A stretch of DNA of 64,000 nucleotides from Eledone cirrhosa (GCA_964016885.1 OZ024745.1:93372001-93436000), one strand, 5' to 3'. Counted from the first letter of the stretch, positions 33,545-47,040 are shown. Notes: a model not told the origin generated them from the letters alone. Numbers and translations: made by a program.

Positions 33545-33840
33545 TGCAGAGAAGGTGTTCAACCTGGTGTGTCTGCAATTGATAATTATGTCCGACCTAT
33601 AGTTTTTGGCAGATTTTAATTTAATTATCTCAGCCGCCTCTGGTTTCTGTCACTGGGGAGTTGGGCCACGCGTCTTTTGACTGACCATATGATCTGGAAT
33701 TCGATGTTCCTCTCCTTGAGGTCCCAGATCAAATCGGCCAGTCTAGTTTGGGATCGTTTCATCCTATGTTTAAAGGAGCTTCTATGGTTATACCAATGCT
33801 CCTTAAATGTAGTGCAGGTCACACCTATATATGAGTACTC
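33545..33840 (-). mobile_element. Naiad-type GIY-YIG fragment, rearranged
   Basis: YIGVT..FKEHWYNHRSSF..TRLADLIWDLK; NYRSDIIINCRH. Confidence 0.8.
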
Positions 33841-34003
33841 TGGCCAATTTGATCTGGGACCTCAAGGACAGGAACATCGAATTCCAGATCACATGGTCAG
33901 TCAAAAGCCTATAAGATCGAACCCTGAGCTGATCAGTGGCGAAACGCGCGTCACCAACCAATAAATGTAATGAAGGAGTAACCAATCATCCTTGTCATCT
34001 TTT

Positions 34004-34037
<34 letters not shown>

Positions 34038-34091
34038 CGTTTCTGAATTTGTTTAGCAAGATTCTTTATCTGAAAACGTGTGTTGAAACCG

Positions 34092-34545
34092 ATATTGTTA
34101 TACTTTGGGAGGGTCATGTTGCCAATAAGAAACACATGCACCAGTTGCTTTCACTTAAATTTATTATAATAAATTTATAAATTTAGGAATTTATAAATTT
34201 CTGGTTGGTTGGTTGGTTCCACAACCAGATGATTGTTTATATATTGTCAAAGTTCTTTCGTCACACATTCTGTGACCTCTTCAGTGACAAAACAAGATGG
34301 CGTAGGACAGAACAAAGGAGAGGCACAAAAACAAAGAAAGAATCCCCAGTCACTGAAGAGGTCACAGAATGTGTGACAAGAGAACTTTGACAATATATAA
34401 ACAATCATCTGGTTGTGGAACCAACCAACCAACCAGAAATTTATAAATTCCTAAATTTATAAATTTATTATAATAAATTGAAGTGAAAGCAACTGGTGCG
34501 TGTGTTTCTTATTGGCAACATGACCCTCCCAAAGTATAACAATAT
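34092..34545. repeat. Fold-back with 197-bp arms; intact hammerhead at 34246-34288 (-), GAAA>AAGA mutant at 34349-34391 (+)
   Basis: gtca-CTGAAGA-g-GTCACA gaatg TGTGAC-GAAA-gaac-TT-tgac; near-perfect arms, 60-bp spacer. Confidence 0.9.
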
Positions 34546-34573
34546 ATATATATGTATATATATATATATACAC

Positions 34574-34614
<41 letters not shown>

Positions 34615-34727
34615 CATATATATATACATATATATATTTATATACATATATATGTATATATATATATATATATACATGTACATATATATGTATATAAATA
34701 TATATATGTATATATATATGTACATGT

Positions 34728-34780
<53 letters not shown>

Positions 34781-35243
34781 CATATATATGTATAGGCAAT
34801 GACACATGACCGTGACTTCTGGCGTCACGCAGTAATACAGAGTACCCGACCTCCCATGGGTACAAGCTGAAGCATATAGACAATATGCCCCCCCCCCCAC
34901 CGCAAGGTGGTCGTGGAGGTGCCACGGCAAAAAAGCACCCAGCCCACACTGTAAAGTGGACGTGTAGGCGCCACGAAAAAACACCCATCACTCACTGTAA
35001 ATGAGGTTGGTGTTATGAAGGGCATCCAGCTGTAGAAATCAAGCCAGATCAGTTCCTGTATGGGCAAGGCATGGTCAGCCGACCAGACACTGCCCACAAC
35101 AGGACAACCCGTCTAACCCATGCTAGTGTGGAAGAACGGACGTAAAACGGTGATGATGATGATGATGTATATATATATATGATATATGTGTGTGTGTGTA
35201 TAAAGTGGTGTGATCATGCATGCATATCTATAAAATAACTTAT

Positions 35244-35494
35244 AAAATAGGGTGAACACCCTTTCAGACGGAAAAAGAAGCTGCCATTGGCTGCTATGAG
35301 GAATTGAGCCTCTAATCTCTTAGATGCCAGCTAGATGCTTTGAACCATTCATCCAAGGGACCGTGACAACTCTTACCATCTGGTAGTTGAATCACAGCTT
35401 TTAAATGTAAACATTGTACAATCAAGGTTTGATTCCTTGTAGCAGCTGATGGCAACTTCCTTTTCCATCTCTAAGGGCTTTCAGCCCATTTTAT
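35244..35494. mobile_element. Inverted (divergent) pair of decayed tRNA-derived SINE heads
   Basis: B-box-like GGCTCAATTCC (-) and GGTTTGATTCC (+) followed by a shared about 60-bp body. Confidence 0.55.
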
Positions 35495-35623
35495 AGCAAA
35501 TCAGCACATGAGCCTAACGCTCTTTATATTAACTTTATCCCCTCAGAGCTTTGGAAAGGTCTGAGAGATTGACTACGTATATATATATCATCATCAAAAT
35601 GTAATAGTATATAAATAGTAAAT

Positions 35624-35961
35624 ATGGAGGCACATGGCTTAGTGGTTAGAGCATTGGCCTTGCAATCGAAAGGTTGTGAGTTCAATTCTCAGACCGGGTG
35701 ATGTGTTGTTTCCTTGAGCAAGACACTTTATTTCACATTGCTCCAGTTTACTCAGCTGTAGAAATGAGATGATAGGGACCCCAGTCCCTATCATTCCACT
35801 GCAAAGTGGACGTCGAGGTGCCACGACAAAAAGCACCCAGCACTCACTGTAAATGAGGTTGGTGTTAGGAAGGGCATGCAGCTGTAGAAATCAAGCCAGA
35901 ATCAGTTCCCGTCCCACCTTTGCAAGCAGGGAAAAGCGGACGTAAAATGAAATGATGATGA
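35624..35961 (+). mobile_element. tRNA-derived CORE-like SINE with RTE tail
   Basis: A box TGGCTTAGTGG, B box GAGTTCAATTC, ccttgagcaagacactt core, tail gcaagcagggaaaagcggacgtaaaatg; related heads at 30840-30935 and 45310-45520 (-). Confidence 0.85.
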
Positions 35962-36199
35962 TATGATAGAGTAAATGTAAATGCTAGAGGGTTAATTGTC
36001 CTTCTCCATATTATGATTAAGAAATTCCTATTTCCTTTCCCATGGATTTATATCTAAACTCAGTCTTCTGTCATACAATCTTTGTACCTTTTCTTGCTCC
36101 AAGCAGTATATAGACATTTTAATGGTCGGTATCACCAATATTGACTTTTAATAGACATCACTAAGACCATGGAATATCAATCTTCAGTAAGTTTCTGGT

Positions 36200-36917
36200 C
36201 TTCTCTCTATATATCTCACCCTATACTCTGACTAGCTACCTATCTGTACTCTAACTAATTACCTGTCTGTACTCTAACTAATTACCTGCCTGTACTCTAA
36301 CTAGTTACCTGTCCAGTAGATAGTGGTAATTGATATTTCTTCTGTATATATATATATCTCACCCTGTACTCTAACTAGTTATCTTCCTGTACTCTAATTA
36401 ATTACCTTCTGTACTCTAAGTAGTTATCTGCCCAGTCATCATCATCATCACCATCATTTAATGTCTGCTTTTCCCTGCTTGCAAGAGTGGGACAGGTCTT
36501 ATTAAGCACAGCATCTCTCCATTCGTCACGGTCCTTCGTCATCTCCTCCATGAGTTTCAGCGACCTGAGATCTGCTCTCACCACCTCCGCCCATGTTTTT
36601 CATGATCTTCCTCAACTGCGTCTTCCTTCCACTGGGATTTCTTGGCACTTCTTTACCCAGCGGTCATCCTCCATGCGCATCACCTGTCCATACCAATGCA
36701 GTCTTCAATATTGGTAATTGATATTAGGACTTCTCTATATATATCTCATTCTGTACTCTAACTAGTTAACTGTCTGTATTCTAACTAGTTACCTGTCTGT
36801 ACTCTAACTAGTTACCTGCCAAATCAATATTGGTCATTGATATTAGGCCTTCTCTATATATATCTCACTAAACACTCTAACTAGTTACCTGCCCAGTCGA
36901 TATTGGTGATTGATATT
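36200..36917. repeat. 20-bp minisatellite (ctgtactctaactagttacc) in higher-order units, interrupted by an RTE 3' fragment (36437-36706, -)
   Basis: Direct reading; insert matches the 41856-42130 RTE end. Confidence 0.85.
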
Positions 36918-37269
36918 AAAATGGGTTATATGTGTTATCTTCTTAGATTCATGAAACAACTGTATAAGTGAGCTTTAGGTGACTTTGGTTAGATTCTTTA
37001 AATGAGTATATTTATTACTTGTTTCTCTATATATGTACATAATACTAATAGTTTCTCAACTTGACATATGAAAAAAAAATGTTTGCATATCATTTGAATT
37101 TGTATAATTGATGCTCTGAGCTTAATGTTTATTGAGATCTCTTTGTTGAGTAACATAATTAATATATGTTTTATATGTACAGATTTAACGATATTATAGT
37201 AAATATGTAAGTAACAAATCGAGTGTCTAACAATTCAGCATCATTTGGACGTGAGTCTACATGTGAAAG

Positions 37270-37362
37270 CACATATCTGAGGAGCTTTCGATTTCAGAAT
37301 CAGGAACGAACATAATTGATCGTTCCTCAAGCTGATCGGCAGTGAAACATATGTAATATGTG
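37270..37362 (+). ncRNA. Hammerhead ribozyme with extended stem II
   Basis: cacatat-CTGAGGA-GCT..(aggaacga/tcgttcct)..AGT-GAAA-CATATG-TA-atatgtg; perfect 7-bp stem I. Confidence 0.87.
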
Positions 37363-37444
37363 ATTAAATATGTATTTGATGCAATACTGATTCTTTGTTC
37401 GCTAATTCATCATCATCATCATCATTAATAATAATAATAGTAAT

Positions 37445-37492
<48 letters not shown>

Positions 37493-37744
37493 AGTAGTAG
37501 ATGCAGTGCCTGGACTGGTTGACCACTAAACATGAGTAACCTAACTGTTAAGTATACTTCAAGCTAGCCAACAGAAACATCTCAGAATCCTTTTTGATTT
37601 GCTATAGTTGCTCAGACCTAAAAGCATGATTGAGACATACATTCTTATCCAAACTATTCTTTAAGGTAATAAAGCTTTGTTTCAGCTTTATAATGTTACA
37701 TTAACAAAGTTAAACTAGCTATCTTCAATTTGGTGATCATGCCA

Positions 37745-38040
37745 ACTCATACCTATGATTATGAATCTTGGATAATAATTAAAAGATCATGAATACAAGT
37801 GGCCGAAATGGGGTTCATCCGAAGGGTCTTTGGAGTAACGTTACTTGATAGAGTATGTAGCTCAGAGATTAGAGAGTTGCTCCAGGTAGAGCCACTATTT
37901 CTCTGAATTGCGAGATCAAAGCTCTGATACACGTGGTCAGAATGTGTAAGGGAAGAATAGCTGGACAAGTTTTATGGCAAAACCAGCTAGCAGTAGACTC
38001 AGAGGTAGATCCTTAGCAAGATGGTTGGATAACAGTTTTG
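37745..38040 (+). mobile_element. RTE-X-like LINE fragment
   Basis: Homologous to 46650-46950. Confidence 0.7.
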
Positions 38041-38679
38041 TGGGTTTCTTGGCTTTATGTAGTCTCATGTTGCAGATAATTAGATGTTGATCAGTTGTCA
38101 GATCATCATCTCAACATGAACATCCAGCACAGATTTTAAGAAATCAGAGACAATAACACAATCAATTATAGATCTCTGCCCCCAATTTCCTTTATAGCAT
38201 GTGTATTTATGGATGCCTTTGTGCTAGAAGAAGGTGTTCATAACAGAGAGCCCATTACTAGAACAGAAGTCTAATAAGGCCTCTCCATTTGTATTTAGTT
38301 TGGGATCGCAGTTCCTTCCAATCACTCCTTTTCATGTCATGTGCATTGAAGTTTCCCATTAGGATATGATTCAGTCTAATACTGCAGTAACTTTGTCAAG
38401 GAAGGATCTGTATTCAAGCTTTCTGTTTTGCACATAATCTTGATAAACTTGCACCATCCACAGGGACCTTTCTTTCAGCTGAAGCTTCAAGGGACAAATC
38501 CTCTCTTTCAATAGGATCCACTCCATAACATATTCCAGCAGCTGGAAGCTTGTGAGTATCTCTATTTCCAACCCATAACTAGGGTCATAAATATTGGGTA
38601 ATAACCTAAAGAATATGATTGCAAATATAATCATCCAAAATGAGGCTCTTCTGAAGGACATATTTAATATTTAAGAATC

Positions 38680-39965
38680 ACTGGACAATATAAACCTGAA
38701 GGTATAGTCAGGGTGGATCATCTGCAGATTTCTCATCAGTTCTGCATAGATATTCTCCTTTTCACTAATCTTTATTATTATATTGACATCTACTAGGCAG
38801 ATTTTTTCCACTACTGTGCATGCCTTCTTTTCCCTGTCCCATAACATTATATCTGGTCTGTTATGCTTGCATTTTATTGGGGTTTTGACTGAAACATTCC
38901 ACCAGTACTCTTTCATATTATGTATATATATGTCTTCCACATTGCTGTAACTTTTAATATTTATTGTCAGGGTTATCTTTTCTACAGATTGCATTGTATA
39001 GTGTTTTGGCCACTACATCATGCCTCATAGGTAGATAGTACCGTGATGACATCTTTGGACAGCTGCTAATGACATGGGTAACATCTTCAATGTTTATTCT
39101 GCAGAGTCTGCATTTGTTGTCACATTTAGGCGTTTTACCTGCATCCCTATCTCTTTTGTGAATCAGGTATTTCGTGTTGATTTCCTGTTCTTGGATTGCA
39201 AAAGCAAATCCTTCAATATAGCGGTTATTGTTCCAAGATAGACTACTTTGCTTATCTATATTACAGTCTCTGGCAATATATCCATGCATAACTTTTTACT
39301 GATAAGCATGCAGTTTCATCCATGGATACACCGCAGTACTGCTGGGCAATTTCCCTGGGTGTGACTTTTTGATTATTATGCAGGGAGTATCTTTCAAGGA
39401 GTTCCTGCCCAACTCTCATGATCTTATCTGTCTCATGCAGACAGACTTGCTCAAAAGATGGGCTCCTACGCTCGGAGGTTCGTAGATGTTGTCGGAGGGA
39501 TATGATACAACACTCAAATACTGTCTGCCTGCTTACGTTTCAAGTAGAGGTGGTCTATGTCACTGATGATGTGGAAGTTTCTGGTGTTGTTTAGGATTTT
39601 CGGGTTTTAACACCAATCGCTCAGATTTCGTCTATCATCCAATCGAGTATTTCAAACGTTGGTGTTAGGTCAGGCACAGCAAACATATTTTGAGCCTCTA
39701 TTTTATTGTGGACAGAGATTTCAGATGACCGTGTTTTTCTTAATCAGGTGTAATATTTCCTGGTTATGTGCTCTTTCTTACAGATACCATTATAGGATAT
39801 ATTCTCATCTATCCCCAAGTATCTGTAGCAGTCCTCATCAGATATCGGTGAAACAGTTAGGCTATTGATAAAAATATTACTAGATTGACTTGTAGTTTTT
39901 TCCTGCTTTACAATCATATATGAACATTTATCCTGGCCAAACTCCATTCCTATAACCTTTGAGAG
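38680..39965 (-). mobile_element. R4/Dong-like element, degenerate RT C-terminus plus CCHC plus REL
   Basis: IGMEFGQDKC, YRYLGI, MHGY, CRLC..EDVTHVISSC, RHD, HNRPDI; same family as 13566-14290. Confidence 0.87.
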
Positions 39966-40094
39966 TTGTAACCAGGTCAAAATTTTTCTTCATGTATGAA
40001 TGTTCTCTTTTTCTTAATTTCAAGTACATTTTTGACCAGTCACCTTCCTGGTGGCAATGTTGTAAAGGAAAAGAAATTGTAATCCTTTGAATTG

Positions 40095-41100
40095 CAAGAA
40101 TGTTTTGCAAATTTTGAAGGTGCCAGATATCACGGCCATTTGTAGTCTATGAATTAGGGAGCTGTGCTCTTTGTCCACAAATCCAAGTTCAGTCATACTT
40201 TGGTCCAAGCGGGTTGGTATATAACCTGGAGTTCCAATAATGATGGGTATGAAACTGAAGGTGTATCTTAGATACTGGATCTACAAACTCCTCATCAATG
40301 GTCCGTGGATGTCCTCCTTCTCCTGTATTTTTCTTACAACGTTGACATTAAGTGTGCAACTGATCTTTCTAACAGAGCCTGTTTTCAATGTGTGGTCCCA
40401 AATAACAATATCAGACCGGTTGTGCTTTAATTTGATGGCAGTTTTAAAATATATTTTCCCCCAGCATTTTTTAGTGCCATCATTTGTTTTCAATTTTGTT
40501 TTCCCTAGTGCATTCCAGATGGATCACATCATGTCTCACAGGGAGGTAGCAAGACAATGTTCTTTTGCAGTTGGCAACAATGTATCATCGATCTTTGTTT
40601 TACATAGCCTACATTTATTGTTGACTTATGGCCATCCTCTTTTGTGTAATCAATATTTGGTAGGATCTCTTGTTTCTGTATTGCATAGAGATATCTTTCA
40701 AGGTGGGATGTTATAAACTTGTCGGAACTCCATGCCAGGCTTTTTGAATGATATGGTGTATGTTTTTCATCTCAGTTACCCATGCACAACTTTCTCTGCG
40801 AATTGGTCTATTTTTTTATCTTGTTCAAGCATTGAATAGGATATTCCAATGTTCCTGGGAGAGAGATTTATAACAGGCCTTATTCCATATCTCTCCTCCA
40901 GATCAGTGGCTATCCTAATGATATTATTACCTTATAAACCTATGCAAGATGGTTGCTGACCTTTTTCTTCTGTTGAAGATGTTGCTTTAGTATTAATATC
41001 CAGGTCTCATATGATGTTAATATGGATTTTAGACCTCTGCCACCTTCCTTGCATGAGAATTATAGCCTATCCTCATCACTTTTTGCTTGATGGGTCCCAA
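40095..41100 (-). mobile_element. Second, older R4/Dong-like fragment
   Basis: KLKHNRSDIVIWD, PIIIGTPGY, GTFKICKTF. Confidence 0.7.
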
Positions 41101-41109
41101 AGCTGTTGC

Positions 41110-41837
41110 ACCCAGATCAGCAGCAAACAAAGGTAGATCTTTCAATGGAAATTTTGAACAAGTGTGATGAAGATCCTGTAGCTTTTCAGCAGAGGATGAA
41201 ACGTGGCTCTACCAGCACGACCTCAAAGACAAAACTCAATCAAAGCAGTGACTGCCCAGAGGTAGCAGTGGGTTAGTCGAGGCAAAATTGGAGTGTTCAA
41301 GATGGAAGGTCATGGCTACTGTATTCTAGGATGCAGGGGGGGATTTTACTGGTTGACTTCCTAGAACAAGAAAACAATTACAGCTGCATATTATGAAGGT
41401 GTTTTGAGAAAACTGTCCAAGAAAACCATGGAGAAACGTCTGGGGAAGCTGCATGGCACATCTTCTTCCACCACAACAGTGCACCTGCTCATGGCGCTCA
41501 GCAGGCACTAGCTGTCTTATGCGAATTTCGATGGAAAATCATTCGACACCCACCTTACAGTTCCGATTTAGCCTCACCCAACTTCTTTTTTTTTTCAAAC
41601 CTGAAAAAATCATTGAAAGGTACCCATTTTCCATCAGATGAAGATGTCAGAAAAGCTGCTTTGACATGATATAAATCGCATGACCCTCAGTTTTAAACAG
41701 ATGGACTTAAAGACTGGTATGAATGCTTGCAGAAGAATATTGACCTAGATGGAGCATATGTTGAAAAATAAACATCATAACTTAAACCATTTTTTCCAAG
41801 TGCCCCTTTTCCACGAACTTTTTGAAACCCCCTCGTA
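41110..41837 (+). mobile_element. Mariner transposase pseudogene 3' part with right TIR
   Basis: DETWLYQHD, KVMATVF.D, ITAAYY, HN.APAH, HPPYSSDLA; end ccacgaactttttgaaaccccctcg-TA. Confidence 0.85.
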
Positions 41838-41855
41838 TATATATATATATATTAT

Positions 41856-44123
41856 ATCATCATCATCATCATTATCATCATCATCATCATTTTACGTCCG
41901 CTTTTCCCTGCTTGCAAGGGTGGGACGGGTCTTATTCAGCACAGAATCTCTCCACTTGTCATGGTCCTTCGTCATCTCCACTGTGAGCTTCAGCGATCTG
42001 AGGTCTGTTCTCACCACCTCTGCCCATGTTTTTCGTGGTCTACCTCTACCACGTCTTCCTTCAACTGGCATTTCCTAGCACTTCTTCACCCATCCGTCAT
42101 CCTCCATGCGCATCACATGTCCATACCACCTCACTCTCCTCTCTCGCACACTACATTCTATCCCTCTCAGACACAGTTTCTCTCTCAACACATTCATGCT
42201 GGGTCAATCATGCACATTGACATTGCACATCCAACGGAGCATGCTTGCCTCATTTCTCTCCAGCCATCGCATATCCTCTGCAGTTGCTGCCCATGTCTCA
42301 CTACCATGCAGCATCGCACTCCTCACACAGGCATCATATAACTGGCATTTCGGACGCAGGGAGAAACCCTTCTTCATCAGCAGAGGAAGCAGCTCCCTAA
42401 ACTTCTTCCAACCCGTCCTTATTCTAGATACTATGGCCTCGGAACACCCCCTCCCATGCTAATCTGATCTCCTAGGTACCGGAAGCTATCCACCACTTCT
42501 ATAGCACCCGCCTGCATTTGAAAAATGTGTCTATCAATGCGACTTCTACTGTCTAATTTCCCTGTACATCTACTGCATACATATTTCTCCCTACCTGTTA
42601 GTTTGCCTGCTATCCCGCTACATCTCTTGTGTACCCAGGACCTGCATTGTGTGCATTTTATAGAATTTATGCCAGTTCCTTTTCTGCATATCGAACATGG
42701 CCATTTCCCTGACGGAATCAGGGTTTTGTCCTCTTTTCTACTCATCAACACTTTTGTCTTAGCTAGATTTACTCTCAGTCCTCTTGCTTCCAACTGCTGT
42801 TTCCATAGCCGGAATTTATTCACTAGCTCCTCTACTGATTCTGCCATAAGAGCCAGATCGTCAGCATAGAGAAGTTCCCATGGACAGCCAGTCTTAAACT
42901 CCTCTGTTATGGCTTGGAGGACTATAATGAACAAGAGCGGGCTGAGGACCGAACCCTGATGTACTCCTACTTGTATCTGGAATTCCTCACTAAACTCCAT
43001 TCCTACCCTGACTTTACTGAGAGTACCTCTGTACAAAGTTTGCACTGTCCTCACAAGCCATTCCTCAACACCCAGCTTCCTTAGGGACCACCAGATGACA
43101 GATCGGGGTACCCTATCAAAGGCCTTCTCTAGGTCAACAAAGGCTAAGTATAGTGGCTTATTCTTCTCTAAGAACCTCTCTTGCATTTGTCTCACCAAGA
43201 AGAGGGCATCTGTTGTACTCTTCCCAGGCACAAAACCAAACTGCATCTCATCTAGTTTGACCCTTTCTCTAATTAGTTGTGCTAAAATCCTTTCTGCCAC
43301 TTTCATAACCTGATCTATCAGCTTTATACTCCTATAATTGCTCCTCTCCAAAGCATCCCCTTTACCTTTGTAGCAATTTATGAGAATACTGCTGCACCAG
43401 TCTTTGGGTATGACACCACCATATATAGCCTGATTGATGATGCGTGCAACCAGTTTAGTGCCTACGTCCCCTGATGCCTTCAGCATCTCAGCAACTATTC
43501 CCGATGGTCCGGCCGCCTTACCCTTTTTCATTTCCCTAATCGCCTCTTGGACCCTATATTCGTCAATCTCAATAGCTGGTCCCTCTGTCGGATCTACTAA
43601 GGGTAATTTCTCTCTCTCCCATTTGCTCTCCACATTCATCAGTCTCTCATAATGACATTTCCAGGCCTCCTTTTTCTGATCATTCGTGACACTAAGTACA
43701 CCGGCATCATCCGGACACATTTATCACCAACATCATCCTGATTTGCATTGACACACTGCCTTGCAATGTGGAACACCGCACGTCTCTGATCTTCCCGTCG
43801 CAGAACATTGGCAAACTTCCTACTCTCTGCCTCCCTGCGTGCTAAGTACACCTGACGTCTAGCTTCTCTCTTAATGGCTGTATATTCTTCCCTACTCCCA
43901 CCCTTTTTCCAAGCCTTCCATGCTAGTCTTTTGTCTCTAATAGCCTTATCTACTGTGCTGTTCCACCACCAGGTCACTCTCTGTCTGGTTGGAGCTCTGC
44001 TCCAGCCACAGGTTTCATCAGTAGCCTGCAGCAAGTTGTCACGTAAGAACTTCCAGTTATTATCTATGTCATACGTCTCTAAATCGTCTTCTTTTTCGTC
44101 ATATACATCTTGAAGGGCTTTCC

Positions 44124-44127
<4 letters not shown>
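41856..44127 (-). mobile_element. RTE-BovB LINE family B, 5'-truncated
   Basis: 429-aa ORF 42431-43720 with FVDLEKAFD, GVHQGSVLSP, YADD; (GAT)n tail. Confidence 0.95.
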
Positions 44128-44161
<34 letters not shown>

Positions 44162-44224
44162 TATCCCAGGTTAAATTGGGGGTAACCACAGTAAGTAAGG
44201 TACTCAATACATAGCAGAGTATAA

Positions 44225-44360
44225 ATATTTAATATAGAAATGGCTTCTACAGGACTAGAACTGTTTCATTCGAAGGAAATCATCAGGAAAGGGCTTTCCT
44301 GATGATTTCCTTTGAATGAAACAGTTCTAGTCCTGTAGAAGCCATTTCTATATTAAATAT
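44225..44360. repeat. Fold-back palindrome with two intact hammerheads (44245-44291 -, 44292-44343 +)
   Basis: 67-bp arms, 2-nt centre; ggctttc-CTGATGA-tTTCctttGAAt-GAAA-CAG..CTG-TA-gaagcc. Confidence 0.9.
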
Positions 44361-44502
44361 ATATATATATCTATGAGAATGGGTGTTTAAAATACCATTC
44401 AAATATTAAATGAATGAGCATTCAACACATAAGTAACGTGTAAATTTTATTTTCTAAGTACAAACACGGCCGTAACTTAGACGTTTTAGCTTGGGTGTTT
44501 CA

Positions 44503-44793
44503 TGTGTGTGTGTGAGTAGTGTGTGTGTATGAGTGTGAATATGTGTGTGAATGTGTGTGAGTGGTGTGTGTGAGTGTGTGTGAGTGTGTGTGTGCAAGTG
44601 TGAGTGTGTGAGTGTGTGAGTATGTGTGAATGTGTGTGTGAGTGGTGTGTGTGTGAGTGTATGAGTGTGAATATGTGTGAGTGTGTGCGAGTGTGTGTGA
44701 GCATGTGTGTATGTGTGTGTGAGTGTGTGTGTGTGCAAATGTGAGTGTGAGTGTGTGTGTGTGTGTATGTGTGAGTGTGTGTGTGAGTGTGTG
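44503..44793. repeat. (GT)n/(GTGA) microsatellite
   Basis: Direct reading. Confidence 0.95.
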
Positions 44794-45521
44794 TTACTTG
44801 GGCTTAGTACAATTTTTTGTTTTAATTCTAGAAAACATACAATTTGGTGCACTATATTCAGCTGGAGAAATTAAACATCTAAAATGTAATCTAATCTAAA
44901 TATAACTGTGCCTTTCTCTACCTTAACTACTTGACATCTGTCTATTGAATAAAGACCAACTCAATTGTTTCCATTTATCAATAGAATTTCTTATCATCAT
45001 CATCATCATCGATCATTGATTAATGTCTATCTTCCACATTATCATGGGTTAGACGGGTTTGTCCCATTTAGGGGCAAGTTGGGTTGGGTGACCATGTCTT
45101 GCTCATATAGAACTGTTTCTGGTTCTGGGTGGTTTTCTAAGGCCGGATGCCCTTCCTACATTTACAGTGTGTGCTGGGTGCTTTTTGCCGTGTCTTTTAT
45201 ACGACCACTTTACAGTGTGGGCTGGATGTTTTGTGGTACTGACAAACCATACATATATCTAAGCCAGAAGGCTCATTTGGCCGGTGCTTATCTCGGTTTC
45301 ATGGCGTGAAGCGTCTGAGAGTACAAGACTCCCCCCTGGACAGGACGCCAGTCCATCGCAGGGTTAAACCTCCAGCTATTGGTACTCATTTTCAGCTGAG
45401 TATACTGGAGCAACGTGAAATGAAGTGTTTTGCTCAAGAACACATCACACAACCCAGGAATCGAGCCCACGACATTATGATCATAAGTTCAACACTCTTA
45501 CCACTAGGCCACATGCCTCCA

Positions 45522-45560
<39 letters not shown>

Positions 45561-46049
45561 TGATAATGGTATATATATATTCTTCTATAATATAAATTTC
45601 TGCAATTCTATCACAACATGTAAAGAGACAGTAGTAGTTTGAACCTCATACTACTCCTCTCTTTACGTCTGCTGCCTGCGTGATTGTATGTGTGTGTAAA
45701 AAGAAAGAAAGGGAATGATGAAAAACTACACTGTGTGAGAGTGTATGTGCGTGTTTGTGTGAATATGTCTGAGTGTGTATTTTTGTAAGTGTGTCTGTGT
45801 TTGTATGTTTATATTTATATACTCATACATTTAGATGTGCATATGCACATACACATATGCACACACATATACACATATGCATCAGTGTATGGAAAAAAAT
45901 TCTAGTAAATAAAATTACCACAACATAGCTTGTGGGCAATGATAACCCATCAAACCCATTTTTTTAACCTGCAGCCATATATCTTAACTGAAACCAGAAA
46001 TAATTTCTGTATTGATATTCTGTAATTGATTTAGATATTTTGAATATGT

Positions 46050-47040
46050 TGGAGTTCTGCGGTAGGATGCAACTGATGGACAGCATCTTGTTGCCCTGGT
46101 GTCTCTATATGAATACCCAAGTATTTGTGTTCAGATAAATGCTCGAAACCATTGAATGTGGGTATTGGACTCTGCCAAGGGTGCATGCTATCACCTCACC
46201 TGTTCATAATCTTCATGGAGAGGATTGACATGCACAGCCTGGCTGGAAGTGGTATCATGTCTGGCAGATGTAGGATCAGTCAGCTGTAATTTGCAGACAA
46301 CATTGTACTACTTAACTTGTCAGCAGGTGATTTCTAACATGCACTTGATAAGGTTTGATACTGAGTGCTGCACAGCTGGAATGAAAATCAGTGCTGTAAA
46401 GACTGGGGCACTCAGCCTCTCAAGGAAGCCTATGCCGTGCACTCTACATGTGAGTGGAGTTCCACTGAAGCAGGTGGAGAAGTTCAAGTATTTTGGGACC
46501 ATGTTCACAAGTGATGGAAGGCAGGAGGCTAAATTAAGTGCAAGAATTGCAGGAGCATATGCAATAATGTGCCAGCTTCAGCATTTAGTCATCAGAAAAA
46601 GGGAGGTAGGTATAAAAGCCAAACTCGCTATCTTCAATTCAGTATCCATGCCAACCCTTACCTATGGTCATGAATCTTGGGTAATGACCGAAAGAATACA
46701 ATCGCAAATATAAGCGGCCAAAATGGGGTTCTTCCAAAGGGTCTTTGGAGTAACATTACTTGATGGAGTGCGTAGTTCAGCGATTAGGGAGTCAGCCAGA
46801 TAGAGCCACTACTTCTCTGGATTGAGAGATAACAGCTCTGATACTATGGACATGTGGTCAAAATGTCTAAGAAAAGAATTGCTGGACAGGTTTTATGGGT
46901 AAAACCAACCAGCAGGAGACCCAGGAGTAGACTCTGAGAAAGATGATTGGCTAAAATCCATGAGCTCAGATGCTTTTCACAAGACCTGCTGGAAGGAATA
47001 CTTGAGGACTCTGCTCCAACAAGCTTCTCAGGAATAAGTT
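46050..47040 (+). mobile_element. RTE-X/Expander-like LINE RT 3' part, degenerate
   Basis: GLCQGCMLSPHLFIIFME, FADN, GMKIS..KT, QVEKFKYFG, PTLTYGHESW. Confidence 0.85.

Noticed and set aside
35628-35700. tRNA gene
   Set aside because: No complete cloverleaf; continues into SINE core and LINE tail
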